DNA from: Vicugna vicugna
Lineage: Eukaryota
Assembly (NCBI GenBank): GCA_013265495.1
Contig: MU061579.1
Coordinates: forward strand, 62,001-126,000
Length of the DNA stretch: 64,000 bases
Direction of reading: 5' to 3'
A program made the position numbers and the translations under genes. Positions 38,684 through 51,904 of the stretch are shown piece by piece. Under the pieces are notes generated by a model that saw only the letters and a program-made list of their open reading frames with translations, searched no databases and had not been told where the DNA came from. Each line of letters begins with the position of its first letter. Positions within the stretch are counted from its first letter, which is position 1.

Positions 38684-41600
38684 TTACTTATCTATTAAAT
38701 TCTTAAAGACTGTTAAGAGCTTTCACATAAAGTATTTCAGAAAGACTCCTGGGTTTTAGTTCCCTTGTCTTTTAAATGAGATACTAATGTCAATCTAATT
38801 GGTAGTTGTGAAGACTGAATTATTTGCTGAATTCCATGAGGCCAGAAGGTAGCAAAATTATGACTTAACTGTAGATAATCTAAATACAGATATCATAGGT
38901 GTCCCCTAATACCAAGGAGACTTCTCCTAAAATTAAGCATTCATACATGAAGTGGTATGCATGCATAGAATATCCTAAGGCTAGGGGATACTGCAAGACT
39001 CACTAGGAACAAAGACAGGGGCCACTCAGAAACAGATCTAAAAATAGTCACTATTTTGACAGCATATTTTCAGAGATACATTCCATCAAGTACAATAGTT
39101 AAGTTCTGTATTGAATATGTTTAATTATAGTTAGTGAATCACCTCTTCATGATAGGTTTACTTTTAGCTATAACATAATGGAGAACAAGCAGAACTTAGC
39201 ACACAATCAAACCATTGACGCAGGCCAAACAGAAAAATTAATAAGCTGGAGATAATGTCAAAGCGGGTTCAGTTTGGAGTGCTAATAAGCTCTTGAATGA
39301 ATACATTCTTATGAGCAGGGAAACAGTGAACAACCGAATGTCCAAGGTTACCTGTCTGGAAAATAGAGTAGATGGGCAGAACAAAACGTGAGAGAACCCA
39401 AGGGCACTCTTCACACTGTCTGGTGTTTGACGTCAGTAGAATCCATTGAAGGTGAAATAAAAGCCCCATCCACTCTCCACCAGCTGTCCAAGAGAGTTGA
39501 TATTCAAATCAAGTCTCCACTCGTGAAGTGGGATAGAAGTCTTGTCAGGGTCATGAGCAGAATTTTTAAACAAACTAAGAGGAAAATGGATGGGAAAGGG
39601 GTGAGATGTTTAAGTATAGCAGTATTTGCTGGGACTGTCCCAGAGGCTGTCGGCTCCCGGAGCTTATTAGCTAATTAGGAATTTCCTGTAGTGATAGAGT
39701 TTCAATGTCATGGTTCATTCTCCAGAGTAGTTTATTCAAAATCCCACTGAACAGAGATGCTACAGTAATACCTGAATTTGTGTAAGAACTTAATTGCACT
39801 AAGACAGTTGATAAAGAGCCGGAGTGTCTAACTTGGAGGAACAGAATGTGGTATTGAATTGGCCAAAAAAAGGGCATGGAATGCAGAAGATTTAAGGTTT
39901 TTATGTAAGTCTTACATGCTATGCCTCTGTGATTTTAAATGTCCAGAAATTCTTTTGATTTTGATATATCCTCCACATGACTTGTCTGTAAACTAAACTT
40001 CCACCCAGGATGAATATTAAAGCTTTATGCAAAAATCACTTTCAATTTTATTTTTAATCTTTCAATTAGTATTTCAAAACCTCTAATTATTTTCTTTTTG
40101 GTGCAAATGCATAGTATTTTAGGTATATTTGGCAGTAGCCTGGGAACTTAACTACCAATAATAGTGCTGTTTATCTGATAAATATTTATTCAGAATTTGA
40201 AAATGTGCCATCTAAAAATTACCTTGGTACTTCTATTTATTTTTTTTTATTTATGTGTTCCCTGCAAGCAATATTGCCCGTTTCAGGTTTATAGTCTAAA
40301 TTTTTGCCAAGATATTGCCACTAGCATTCTGTATGTGTTAGAGGATAATGGAGTGAACTTAGAAAAAGCAAAATGGGACTGTAATGAGGTAGTGGTAGCA
40401 GGACATGTCAGCAGAGAGCAATGTAAAATGGAATGGCGTAAACCATGTTTCATGAAAGCTGGCAGTTCTGCAGAAATTATCTGTCTCCTAATTCACTGTG
40501 CTGGGCTCTTTTGCGTGTACTAAGTATGATAGCATGCTGTCCAGGCATAGTCAAGTGGCTGGACTCAAAGTAGTTTCGATTAGGCCAGGATTGTGATTTG
40601 AGAGTTAATGGTTAAATGATTTTTAAGAATGGCAGAAGAAAGTTAAGAGTTGGAGGAAAAATAAAGGAAAATGAACTAATGCTATTTTTACATTTGTCAG
40701 TCTACTTTCTTGAATTTCCTCTTAAGGATTGCTGAATCGAGAGAATCTCAATTTTTTTTTTTTGTCTGCTAAAATACAAGATGTTATAGCAGGAAGTGTT
40801 AAAACAAATTTAAATCAACAAGGTTTTAGAAATCAAATTGACTCATTTTTAAAGTGAGTTAAAATCAAAACGAGTTATCATCGGAGGGAGGCTGAATTGG
40901 GTCATGTTAACAAAATGGAATGAGCATGAACAACTTGATGAAGCTTGGCAGTTTCATCATCACAAACATTTCCTGCTGAGATAATGAACTTGACAATAAC
41001 TCTTCTTATTCTTAAGATAGGATAGCAAAAGTCACCGTACAAAATCTCAGAATGAGAACAATTCATGCTGACTACAAAATCATTCCATAGTGACTGAAAG
41101 AGCCTGCGATTGATGCATGATTATAAAGTGAGCTCCTGCATTTTCACACAGGAAGGAAAAGAGTAAGAGTGACATTCTTCTTCTAATATATGGGTGATGC
41201 AGCTAGAGATCTCAGGTAAGAGTGGATGATTTGCAGAAGTTGGTTATTTGAATTAATTTACCCACATGTTGAAAATGTCAGTGAAAATCTCAACAGGAAA
41301 AAATTGTTTCAGAATGACTGGTTCAACAAGACCTCATCTATCCAGCTCACTCCTAAGCAGCACTCAGATTTATTCAGTATTTTTGATACATAAATTATTT
41401 TGTATTATCTCCATCACCTTCACCTCCCATCACCAGCTCAAGACCATCCAGCAGATAAACATGTTTTATGGAATCTCCTGTGTTAGTTTATACCCTAACC
41501 CATTTCCTCCTCTTTTTTTTTCCCCTTAGGGTAAAAAAAGGCCCAAGTCAATCAAAAATATCTATATTTTAAATACATAAAATAAATCATGATAACCTCA

Positions 41601-42809
41601 AAGAAATTTGTCTATATTATCCAACCTCCTAAAATAAATATTATCATTGGTCAAATATTCTGGTCATCAGAGTTCACTATCAAATATTATTAAACCCAGA
41701 TACTTAGGGCTCTGTAGGGACTTGACGGGAGACCACAGGATCCCAAAGGATCCATCTACCCGTGAAAATAGGCAGAGTTGGAGGGTCATGACTAACGATC
41801 CCAGTTATATGCATATGCTTCTCAGTATCTTGTGCAGTGACAAGAGATGGATTGAATGGAATGGAAAATCCACTTAAGACATGATTAACTGCCCTTATAT
41901 ATGACTGCGGTTGAGAGATAGCTACGTTATACACGCTGCTTAACTAGGATGCAGAACAAGACTAAAACTGGCAATTTTCTCCAGCTATGCCCCTTGGGAA
42001 TCCTGCTTTGATAGAATGCAGCTTCCAGGCTTGAGGTACCCAGTTTGACAGACTACTGCAGTCCACCAAAGGACAAATCATAACCTCTGTGAGTTAGTAT
42101 TTCTCACGTAGAGAAAGAAAGCGGGAGCTCGAAACCTCCCAATGGGTGCTGGGCCAAATTCCAACATGGATATGGAGAAAAAGGTCTGTATTTTCTCTGA
42201 TTTTTTTGTTTCTCTTTTCCCAAATTTGTACCCTCCTTCCAGCATTTCTTCTAATGTTTCAGAATGTTGGTAGCAGACTGGGCTATGGCAGAAGACGATT
42301 AATTGAGAGGGGAAGTAGGGGTACCAAATTATTCTTGCTTGCATTTCCAAACCATGCTCCTTAACACAGCATCTCCTTGGAAGAGGATACTATTTTCTGA
42401 CCCCCACAAAACATGCAGTAGGTAAGGAGAGGCCCTACTAGTGGATGTAAGTTACTTATTCTCCATGAACAGTGAGAAAAGCATCTGAGAAATGTTTCTT
42501 CAACGCACAGGGGTTAGTTAGTGGAGGATTCCGATCTCTGGTCCACATCTTCCTGAACACAGAGTTGGGCCTGTGATCCAGTATGACCCTGGAGTGGTGT
42601 TCTGTTCTCTCTGCCATATATATTGCTCCAGGAAAGACACAGAATCTGAGCTAGGCTGATTCAAGTCTTCCCGGGATTTTTAAAAATTTCAATTGGTGGA
42701 CATGATCCTTTTGTGAATTCAGAGTCAGTGCTAATTATCCCTGCCTAACAGTGAACCCCGTCACCTCCTCAGCCCTCCATTTCAGTAAGTGAGTCCATTG
42801 CATATAGAG

Positions 42810-43030
42810 GGACTGGTGTATAATATTTAAAAGTATGGACGTTGGCATTTGAAAGGTCTACAGTTAAATACCAGTAACACGCTGGTTATGGGATTAGTCA
42901 CTTTAGGCAAGTTGTATGATTTCCCGGTTGAGGGTTTGATGTGTATGAAGGTAATTTCTTCATCAGAGACATGCTGAAGTTCCTGGACAACCATTAAGTG
43001 TTTGAAACATACTACCAATTTTTATTATTT
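42810..43030 (+). mobile_element. MIR SINE
   Basis: 'cagttaaataccag', 'ctttaggcaagtt', 'cctggacaaccattaagtgtttga'. Confidence 0.55.
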
Positions 43031-43229
43031 ATGAGTTTTATGAGGCAGTGTAAATGCATATTCAGTTGAAGGACACAATTCCTCTTTGCCCTTGTTTCTT
43101 TGAACTCTGAATCAAGATACGCATAATTGTTAATGTCATTCTGTTGTTTTCACCTTGCTGGCACAGATACATTTTTAACACCAAAATGACTGGTCAAATG
43201 TAGGCATTTAAAAAAGAACATTAATAAAT

Positions 43230-43450
43230 TAATTACTTACCTGCCATTCTTGAAAACTATGTCTACCCTGTTTCCTATGCCATTTACATGCATCATACTA
43301 TTGTAGGCTTACCAAAAATCTATGCCTAGTGTATTTTATCGTCCCCACAGAGATACTAAATAAATTGCCCAAGTAAACCATACTGTGCTAGACTAAGCGC
43401 TTCAACTCAAGCTTTTTAAATCCAGAAGTTGTGTCCTCTACCACCATGGT
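43230..43450 (-). mobile_element. MIR SINE, degraded
   Basis: 'tttacatgcatcat', 'atcgtcccca', 'aaattgcccaag', 'ttcaactcaagc'. Confidence 0.5.
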
Positions 43451-44087
43451 CTTTTGCTTGTTATCACCAGTGTCTATATAGTGCCTGAATTAAATGCCTC
43501 TCTTCTGCATCAACCCTATTCTCTCAAATGAATTAAGTTTCTAAGTTTTGTTTAGGCATAGTTTAATTACGACAAGAAAACTTAAACACATTTATATCAT
43601 TTCCATTTATGCTTTGCTTGACATAATTAGATCTTCCTGAAGTGTGGGTAGAATTTTCTCAAGATGGATGGAACACTTGTAAAGGAACTCCCAATTTGGA
43701 TTTCAGCCCAAACGCAAACACTGGTTTAAATAGACATTAAATATTAGTGTTAAACATTAGAGACACACTGAGACCAGCAATAAAATCTCATAGGAAACCT
43801 AACTGTGAGTTATAATCAGATACAAGCTCTTCAAATACATAATTAAAAGTGTGATAGATTGTGTTCTTTTGGATTAAATAGGGTGATTGCAGACAAATAC
43901 ATTAGTTTAGTGTGGTCATTAAAGTGATGGCATTGATATTACATTTCCTAAATTATGTTAAGTGTTATTGCATGTGTAATTACAGATATTTAAGAGAACA
44001 ACAATAAGCAAATCAGTTTGCTAAAGCCAGACAGTCTTCAAAAACATAGCTACCCAAACCTGTTTTGCTTCTTTCTTCCCTTTCAAG

Positions 44088-44120
44088 AGGAGATTTTTAA
44101 ACTGGTGAGAACAGACAAAT
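44088..44120 (+). other. Candidate 33-nt frame-preserving small exon, (x)EIFKLVRTDK(x)
   Basis: Strong pyrimidine tract 'tgttttgcttctttcttccctttcaag|' and consensus donor '|gtaagt'; one open frame; unique flanks. Confidence 0.35.
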
Positions 44121-45259
44121 GTAAGTATTAAGGAATTAACATCTATGATTCATGAGGTTATAGGAAGGTCTCTGGTTTCTTAAAATTAACTCAGATTTCT
44201 TAGTCTTGAAGATGAAGCTTTCAGAAGTGACTAATGTACCAACCACATTCAGGAAGACTGGCAATTAATAAATACTGCTTTATTTGTTCGTTTTTTTAAA
44301 CAGAGAGTGTCAACTCTTAATTTTTTTTTGAAAAATGCAAGTTGGTGAAATTTGCATTTTTGCCAAGCAGAATAAATAAATAACTATTAATGTGATGGTT
44401 TATCTAGGTTAAAGAAAAAAATAATCATCACTGGGAGCCATCAAACATTCACCAAGAACAAGAAGAACTGTTTTCGTTCTTCTTTAATACAGTTTTTCAA
44501 CTGGCGGCTTAGGAAATGTTTTATCACACATTAGACTCTGGCATGATGTTCTCATCTGTTTAGCTGTATTTGCGTAACATCTGCATTATTATTTGCTTAT
44601 ATTTTTGCTTAAGTGAACTAATTTTTGTTTTTACTTAAATACAGTATTTAAAAAGGGAACTTGCTGGTAAGAGGAAGTGGAAAAAAAGAATGCTAAAGTG
44701 AAAAAAAAAATGGCTTCAAAGAGAAAGAACTGCAGTCAGATATAGAGGGGAGAGTTTAAAAATGCCAGAGGCAGCTTGAGAGAAATGAGTCTGACTATCA
44801 TAGGGAACCCAGCACAGGAGCTGTTGGCTAGATTAAGAACACAGATAAGTAGCAACCTGTCCTGAGATATCTGGTGAACATATAAGAGAGAGTATAGTTA
44901 TCAACAGAAAAGATGGAGCAAAAATAGGAGTAAATAGGGCAGAAATCATTAGATACTAGGTTGCAAAAATAATAGAGCGAAAGTCCTCTTGAGAAAGTAG
45001 CAAGGGAACTGTTGTTCCCCATAAGAATGCTTTATAAAATTGAAATGTTCCTTTTCAGAGTTAATATTTGGGTGTGATGATTGTCAAACTATAAAGAAAG
45101 ATATTAAAAGGAAGCAGTGTGAAGGTGGCACTCTGAGACAGACCCATTTTGCTTCTATTCTGAGGAAGACAGCTTTTTAAATTTTTTTGAGGCTTCAATC
45201 AATCTAAGGCATAGACGTTATCCTTCATTGTTCTACATGAACTTGGAACGTGGTTTAAT

Positions 45260-45600
45260 ATCTAGTGATGATAAGTTAATGATACCAAGGGAAAAAGAAG
45301 GCATTGTTGCCTGAGAGATGTACGCGGCTGGAGAGAAAGATGCAAGGATGAGAGCTGACCTGATGGGGAGATTTTAGGATATAAAGCATGAAGACTAAGA
45401 TCAGGGCCAACAGTTGGTCCATGTAAGGGCTTTAAGTTGTTGAACAGCCCGTGGAGCTGGGACTCGGGTGCAGCCACCAAGAAGATTAAGGAAAAGTGAA
45501 ATAAAGGGGGTCCAGATATGAGAGGTGGGCAATAAATGGAGGCTCAATAATTGGTACCATGGGAAAGGTGGGGACTCAGATACTTACTTTGGGGGGCAGA
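45260..45600 (-). mobile_element. L2 fragment
   Basis: 'atcagggccaacag...ggtccatgtaagggctt', 'ggagctgg', 'gcagccaccaagaagatt'. Confidence 0.5.
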
Positions 45601-45949
45601 ATCTGGGAAATAGGTGCAATTAAGCTCAGACCACACACGTTACCTAAAGGGAGATAAACAGATGATTGGAGAGAAACAGTCAAACAGTAGCCCCACTTCA
45701 CCAGGATGCATAGGTGGTTCTAGATTGGAGGCTGCTCAAGTGCTATGTAAAAGCACAATATGAAAAATACTAGGTTAAAAACTTCAGTTGGAGACATAAT
45801 AGTCCATCATTAGTTATCCTTCTAAGAAGTAAAGAAGCCTAGGCTTTATAATAGGACAGTTAGAGAAATCCCTAATTAATTTTCCCAGAAATATTGGACT
45901 GATGTACGAACTTACAGTCAGGAAAGTAAAAGGAAAAGAAACCACTTGT

Positions 45950-46606
45950 TATTTTAGCAGAGATAATTTAATATCAGAAAGTGGCGGAATGGGTATTGGA
46001 GAAATTGCATTTCAAAAGGGGAAACCTGAGGTATCGTAGTCCTAGAGATGTTAACAGGAAGCAGCCAAGATTCCTCAGATGTAAAATAAAGTGACCATTT
46101 TGAGGTTATTAGAAAGTAGAAGTTTGGAGAAGAGATCCTGTGGAATTTGGCACCACATCTTTGAGAAGGTGATGCTACAAAACAGGTGTTAATGTCTCAG
46201 AAACATGAACAAGAGAACTTCTAGAGCCAGAACTCAGACTGTTGAGGGGAAATTGACAGTGGCCAATGCTGGCAACCCCAGGGGGACACAGTGAGGCCAG
46301 TTTTGAGACTGCTGAAAAGAGTTTCCCATTCCAACCGGACCCAACTGCTGCTGAGTCAGTTGCTGTCATCAATGTGAAAGGCCCTTGTTGAGATGACTCA
46401 GAACTAAACAAAAAAGAAACAAGTAAATTCTTTGTCATCTCCTGACTTCCAGTTTCCTCCAGCTCTTTCTGTTGGCACACCCTAATAGTACAGCTGCTGG
46501 CAAAGAAGAAAAGTAATTTTCAGAGCGCCAGCTCCAGCTTCATACCCACATACACACACACCAAGGATGGATTTGGAGCTGAGAGACAAAACCTTAATAA
46601 CTTATA
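45950..46606 (-). mobile_element. LTR41-like (ERVL-class) solo LTR
   Basis: Right end 'gctggcaaagaagaaaagtaattttcagag...ggatttggagctgagagacaaaaccttaataact' is the reverse of the LTR41-type 5' end as recalled; left boundary uncertain. Confidence 0.65.
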
Positions 46607-46964
46607 TAAATGTCAACTTTGAGACACTGCACAATTGCTTTCTCGAGATCTCAATTCTCAGTCATTTCCTCTTCAAAATTTTCATAAATAACTTAAATGA
46701 TAACATGGTTGACATTCTAACTGTATTTAACTGAAATATGGAAGTTTCTTGTCATGACAGATAACAGAAAGAAGCCATAAGCATTCTCGAGGGGGTGAAA
46801 TAACGTAAAGAGTTATTAATGAAGGATTAAAGAACAAATATAAAATCCAAAACTAGTCTGAAGTTGGAGGAAACTTCTGACTGTTAATTGAATGAGTCAG
46901 TAGAGTAAAATGACTGTCATGTAAGCTTATCTAATCCTACACTTCACTGTTTCCCTTAGTGGGA

Positions 46965-47190
46965 TCATTATGGTAGCTAATATATATTGGGCATACTCTT
47001 CGTCAAGGGCTTCACAGGCACTGTTTTATTTATAACACACCCACAAGCTCTCTGAGGTAGACTTAATTAGTATTTCATTTTATCTATGAGGGAATGGAGG
47101 CTTAAAATGGATAAGTATTTGTCTAAATTTATGCAGTAAGTGGTGAAAGGATTGAAATCTTGCTTTATTCCAAACACTTAACTAGCAAGT
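46965..47190 (-). mobile_element. MIR SINE
   Basis: 'tagctaatatatattggg', 'ctctgaggtag', 'cattttatctatgagggaatggaggctt'. Confidence 0.75.
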
Positions 47191-47198
47191 TATAGGTC

Positions 47199-47700
47199 TG
47201 TGGACAGCAGACAGCCCTCCAAATAGCTCCAAGTCTTAATTCCTAGAACCTGTGAACATGTCACTGCACATGACAGTAAGGATTTTGAAGATGTGATTAA
47301 GGATCTTGAGATGTGGTAATTAACTTGGAATGTGTGAGTGGACAGTATAATCACAGGGACTCTTTCAAGTGAAACAGAGAGGCAGAGAAGTCAGCATAAG
47401 GGGAAGGAGTTATGAGGACTGAAACAGGGTCAGAGTAAAGTGATGTGAAACTCAGTCAGCCATTGTTGACTTTGAAGCTGGAAGGGGCCACTGCCTAGGG
47501 AATGCAGGCAGCCTTTAGAAGCTGGAAAAGCAAGGACATAGATTTTCCCAAAGGATCTCTAAAAGAAATGCAACCCTGCTGACTGACACATTGATTTGGG
47601 TACAGTGAAAACACATTCAAATTTCTGACCTCCAGAATTATAACATATTTGTGTTTTTTACGCCACTCAGATTGTTACAGCTGCGATAGGAAACTAAACA
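47199..47700 (+). mobile_element. MLT1D-like MaLR solo LTR
   Basis: 'cctagaacctgtgaacatg', 'gatgtgattaaggatcttgagatg', 'gaagctggaaaagcaagga', 'ttctgacctccagaa'; ends 'ataggaaactaaaca'. Confidence 0.92.
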
Positions 47701-47869
47701 GTATCTTTTTACTACAGGACAGATGACCATCTTGTTCTGCTCCCAATTGATGAGACATTATGTCCTCTAATCTGCATGTCTCTCCTAAAAAAAAAGAAAA
47801 ATAACAAACTGATGAACACCCAAAGAGGCACTAAATAAACAGTTGCTGGTTTGCTTAAGCAAACTGATT

Positions 47870-48110
47870 TTTCTCTGTAGCATTCCAGATATGATGGGAA
47901 ATCTTGTCAGTTCTGATATTCAAATATATCTGGAATCTACTTCTCAGCGCTTCTCCCTAATCCATCTGACACCACCAACATTTTCCCATTGGATCATCGC
48001 AGTAGCTTCCCAGGTGTTCACCCTGAATCCTACCTTGCCCTCTCTAGCTTCTTTTCTACTCAGTAGCTAGTTACCTTTTGAAACCAAAATCATAGACTGT
48101 GTTCAAGCCA
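47870..48110 (+). mobile_element. L2 fragment
   Basis: 'tcaaatatatctggaatctac', 'ttggatcatcgcagtagcttccca', 'ttttgaaaccaaaatcataga'. Confidence 0.65.
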
Positions 48111-48114
48111 CCTT

Positions 48115-49600
48115 TGTGTTTTCTGTGGGTGTTAATTTATATGAGGCCTATTCTTTTTGTAAATTTATTTGTTAAATTGTCATTTTCCTAAAATTACTGT
48201 AGTTTACATATTGATTCTTTTGAGTTCCCAGAAATTTAATCATATTAACTTCAGAGATACTTCATCTTTAGCTTTCAGTTCTTATGCTCTGAATGCTTGA
48301 TCTTGTCTAATTGCAATGCCTAATACTTAAATAGTGGTGCAGAGACTTTGATTACTTGTCTTATCTTTTACCTTTGTGAGGAAGTCCCATATTTCCCCCC
48401 AGTAACTAAAATACTGGCTGTCAGACTAAAATTTATCTTTCAACCCAGATGCCAACTAGCATTCAATATATGTGTATGATCACATAGACCTGATCATGTT
48501 AAGAAAGTACCCATCAATTCCTCTTTATTAAGTGTTTTAAATTTGAACAGACATTGGCATTGTGACATATCTTCTTCATGTCTATTGAGATGAAAAAGTG
48601 TAGTTTTTCTCTTTAGTTCTCTTCATATAATTATGTGATATTATTGGAGTTTCTATTATTTAACTATCTTTGCATTCCTGCAAAAAGTTGCACTTGTTTA
48701 TAATATATTATACTTTAAAAGAACTTTTGGATTCTATCTGTTAACATTTTAAGATTTTGCATTAATTTTCATTAGTAAGATTGGTCTGTAGCTTTTTTTT
48801 ACTTTAATCTTTATCAGGTTTAGATATTAAGGTTTTACTCATTTCATAAAAGAAAGTTAGAACTTTATTTTTTATGCTCTAGAAAATTTTAACTGTGACT
48901 GTTATTTTAAGTTCGTATCTAGTATCATTTTTATAGTGTTCCTAATTTCTCTTTTTTTCTTTTACCATATTTGGTCACTTAACTCTATTCTCGTTAATTT
49001 GATGAATTATCATTTTCTAGAAAATTATCTGTTTCATTTACTTATCCAAATTTATGTGTAGGAATATAGCAAAAACATTTTAAAGATATCTTTTCTCTGT
49101 TTCAACATTATTATTTTTTATTTCTAAATGTGCATATTTGAATTTTTTCTTTGGTAAAGATTGATATTCTAATGTACTGATTTTCAAAAATGGCTTTTTG
49201 AAAAAAATTATTGCTACTTTATTTCCTAGTATCAAGGTGTAGTTTTTTCTTCACTCATTTTCCTTTCGTTCTTTTTGTTTAAATTATTTTAGTCCTTTTA
49301 ATGAAGGTCTGTAATTTATTTGTTTTTATTATAATTATTAGCTACTGCTGTTATTATCGTTTTAAAAGTTTGCAATTCTCCTTTGACCCGTGAATTGTTA
49401 AGTAGCATTTTTTTTTTCCCTTGGGTGGAGAGGTTGTTTTGTTTTCTGTTTTTCTGTTCATATTTCATTTTGTTGAAGTGTGGTGAGGAAGGGCTGTTTT
49501 TATTATTTGTCTTCTATAGAATTTATTGGAGCTAACTTTGTGACTAAGATATTTTCAAATTTCATAAATAATCATATATATTTATTACCTGCTTTCAAGT
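48115..49600 (-). mobile_element. Old L1 ORF2 fragment, degraded
   Basis: 'atcttgtctaattgcaat', 'ttctttcatgtctattgagatg'-like segment, 'ctttgcattcctg', 'gtaagattggtctgtag'. Confidence 0.75.
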
Positions 49601-49859
49601 GTCAGACTTCTAAACATATATTTATGAATTATAAAAGGAAAATTTGAGATTCATGTATAAATAAGACAAGCTTAAGTATTTTATTCCTCAAGTTTTGCCC
49701 ATAATTCAGAGTGAAAATTTAACAGTTTTCTTAAACTTTCTGATAATTTATTTATATATCTGTTACATGAATTTATTGAACAAGATAATCTTTTTCAATG
49801 AATTTTGAGATGTATGCAAAAATCCAAACATCCAAAGCTAACTACAGGAGATTTTTTTG

Positions 49860-50450
49860 AGATGGATCCAAAAAAATATTGCTGTGATTTATGTCAAAGA
49901 GTGTTCTGCCTATGTTTTCCTCTACGAGTTTCAGAGTATCTGTCCTTAAATTTAGGTCTTTAATCCATTCTGAGTTTATTTTTGTATATGGTGTTACAGA
50001 ATGTCCTAATTTCATTCTTTTACATGTAATTACCCAGTTTTCTCAGCACCACTTATTGAAGAGACTGTCTTTTCTCTTTTGTACATTCTTGCCTCCTTTG
50101 TCATAGGTTAATTCACTGTAAGTATGTGGGCTTACTTCTGGGCTTCCTGTCCTATTCAGTTGCTCTATATGTCTGTTTTTGTGCCAGGACCGTTGTGTTT
50201 TGATTATTGTAGCTTGTAGTATAGTCTGAAGTCAGGGAGCGTGACTCCTTCAGCTCTTCTCATCTTTTTCAAGATTGTTTTGGCTATTTGATGTCTTTTG
50301 TGTTTCCATACAAATTTAAAATTTTTTTGTTCCAATTCTGTGAAAAATGCAATTAGTAATTTGATAGGGAATGCACTGAATCTGTAGATTGCCTTGGGTA
50401 GTATGGCCATTTTAACAATATTTATTTTTCCAATCCAAGAACATGGTATA
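49860..50450 (-). mobile_element. Younger internal L1 ORF2 fragment
   Basis: ORF 50204..50410(-) '[45 protein letters not shown]...[11 protein letters not shown]' is L1 ORF2p. Confidence 0.95.
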
Positions 50451-50619
50451 GAAGATAACTTTTTAGATGTTTATTGTTTATGCACAAGTTTGTGTTTATT
50501 TCATTTATAATATTGTGTGCCAGGTTCATGGCCTACGTGGTTTGTTAAATTGCGCTCTTTTTTACCAAAACATAAAATTATGTTGCAGATACCTTCTTTT
50601 AAATAATAATAAATAATGA

Positions 50620-51690
50620 ATAATTGTATTTATTTTTATTTTTAATTTTTAATAAAGTAGTAAAGTCACAGGTTTTTAAGGATGATACTTATAAAGGCAT
50701 ATAATGTCTAATAACAGTCTCTTGTCCTGTCACTTATACTTCTTATTCTGTTCTCCAAAAGCAGCAACTTTAAACCTGAAGTTGTTTTATTATTTTATTT
50801 ATGTATTTTAAGGCTATAGACTTCCTACTATTAAAGATGAAGACTTGTGTTTTTTAACTGTCCCACATGGGTGAGCACACAGCAGCACACACATACAACA
50901 AACACACGCAGGCGCACATACATTTTTTTCTATCTTCATCTGCCGATAATGGTGAAATAGTCCATATTTTCCTTATTACCTTATTATGATTTGTCACATA
51001 TTCAAGCCTTTACATGTATTATAATTTCATTTGTTTTCTGGCATCTTGTTTTTCTTTCTGTTGAGGTAATAATTGCCTTGTTTTCATCTTGTTAATTTTT
51101 TGCATACTGTTATTAATTCTCTGTTAGATCAAATATATCACATAACATCATTTCTACTTTAATTTTCTTGGAGATATCCCAACAAAAGTAAAATGCTTCC
51201 TTGTTATAATTTGTACTTCTTTTTTTTTTAATCTAGGTCCCAGCATCTGTCCTAGAATTTCCCTTTAATGTCTTACAGTAACTTCCCTTTGCCTCTCTCT
51301 TTGCACTGAAAACTTTTTTTACCTGAATACTTTCACCTGTTTTGGTTAATTCCTTATTCATGAAGAAAAATTTTTCCTGAAACTTTCTGAGAAAGAGTTC
51401 ATAGAAAGCACAAGGTTTTTGATATCTTGTGTATTTAAAAAGATTTTACTGATTCTTCATTTTGAAAGATGTTTAAGGATGGATGTCTTTATGATTAAAG
51501 TTTTACATAGTGCAGATGAGTATTTGTATGATGCATGTATATCTGAATGTATATATTATAAAAAATCAGTATGGAAACATGAGAAACTGATAGTTTTTGT
51601 TTCTAGGAATGAGAGAGCGATTAGGAGTACTTTTCAATGGATATTGTTTGTACATTTAAATTTTGAGTTATGTTAGCACATTTCTTTTTT
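50620..51690. mobile_element. Very old L1 (L1MC/ME-like) fragments, mixed orientation
   Basis: 'ttctccaaaagcagcaacttt', 'actttctgagaaagag...ggttttttgatatcttgtgtattt'; 3'-end-like segment at 51500-51690. Confidence 0.45.
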
Positions 51691-51904
51691 TTTTAAATGT
51701 AAATAGTAGGCCTTATTAACTTAATAAGTTAATATTTTTGTGTATTATAAGGTGTTTACAAGTCTGGGTTTTAGTACCACAATCCTCCATGAGCTTAGTT
51801 ATATATATATTTGCAGGCCTAAATATATATAGCTATAAAGCATTTGAGCCCTTGTCTTCCTTAAATTCCTAGAACAATTCCTTACTGTTAAGATACTTAA
51901 CCTA

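Noticed and set aside
44331..44361. 10-bp inverted repeat AAAAATGCAA/TTGCATTTTT
   Set aside because: Low complexity; no TSD or MITE body recognised
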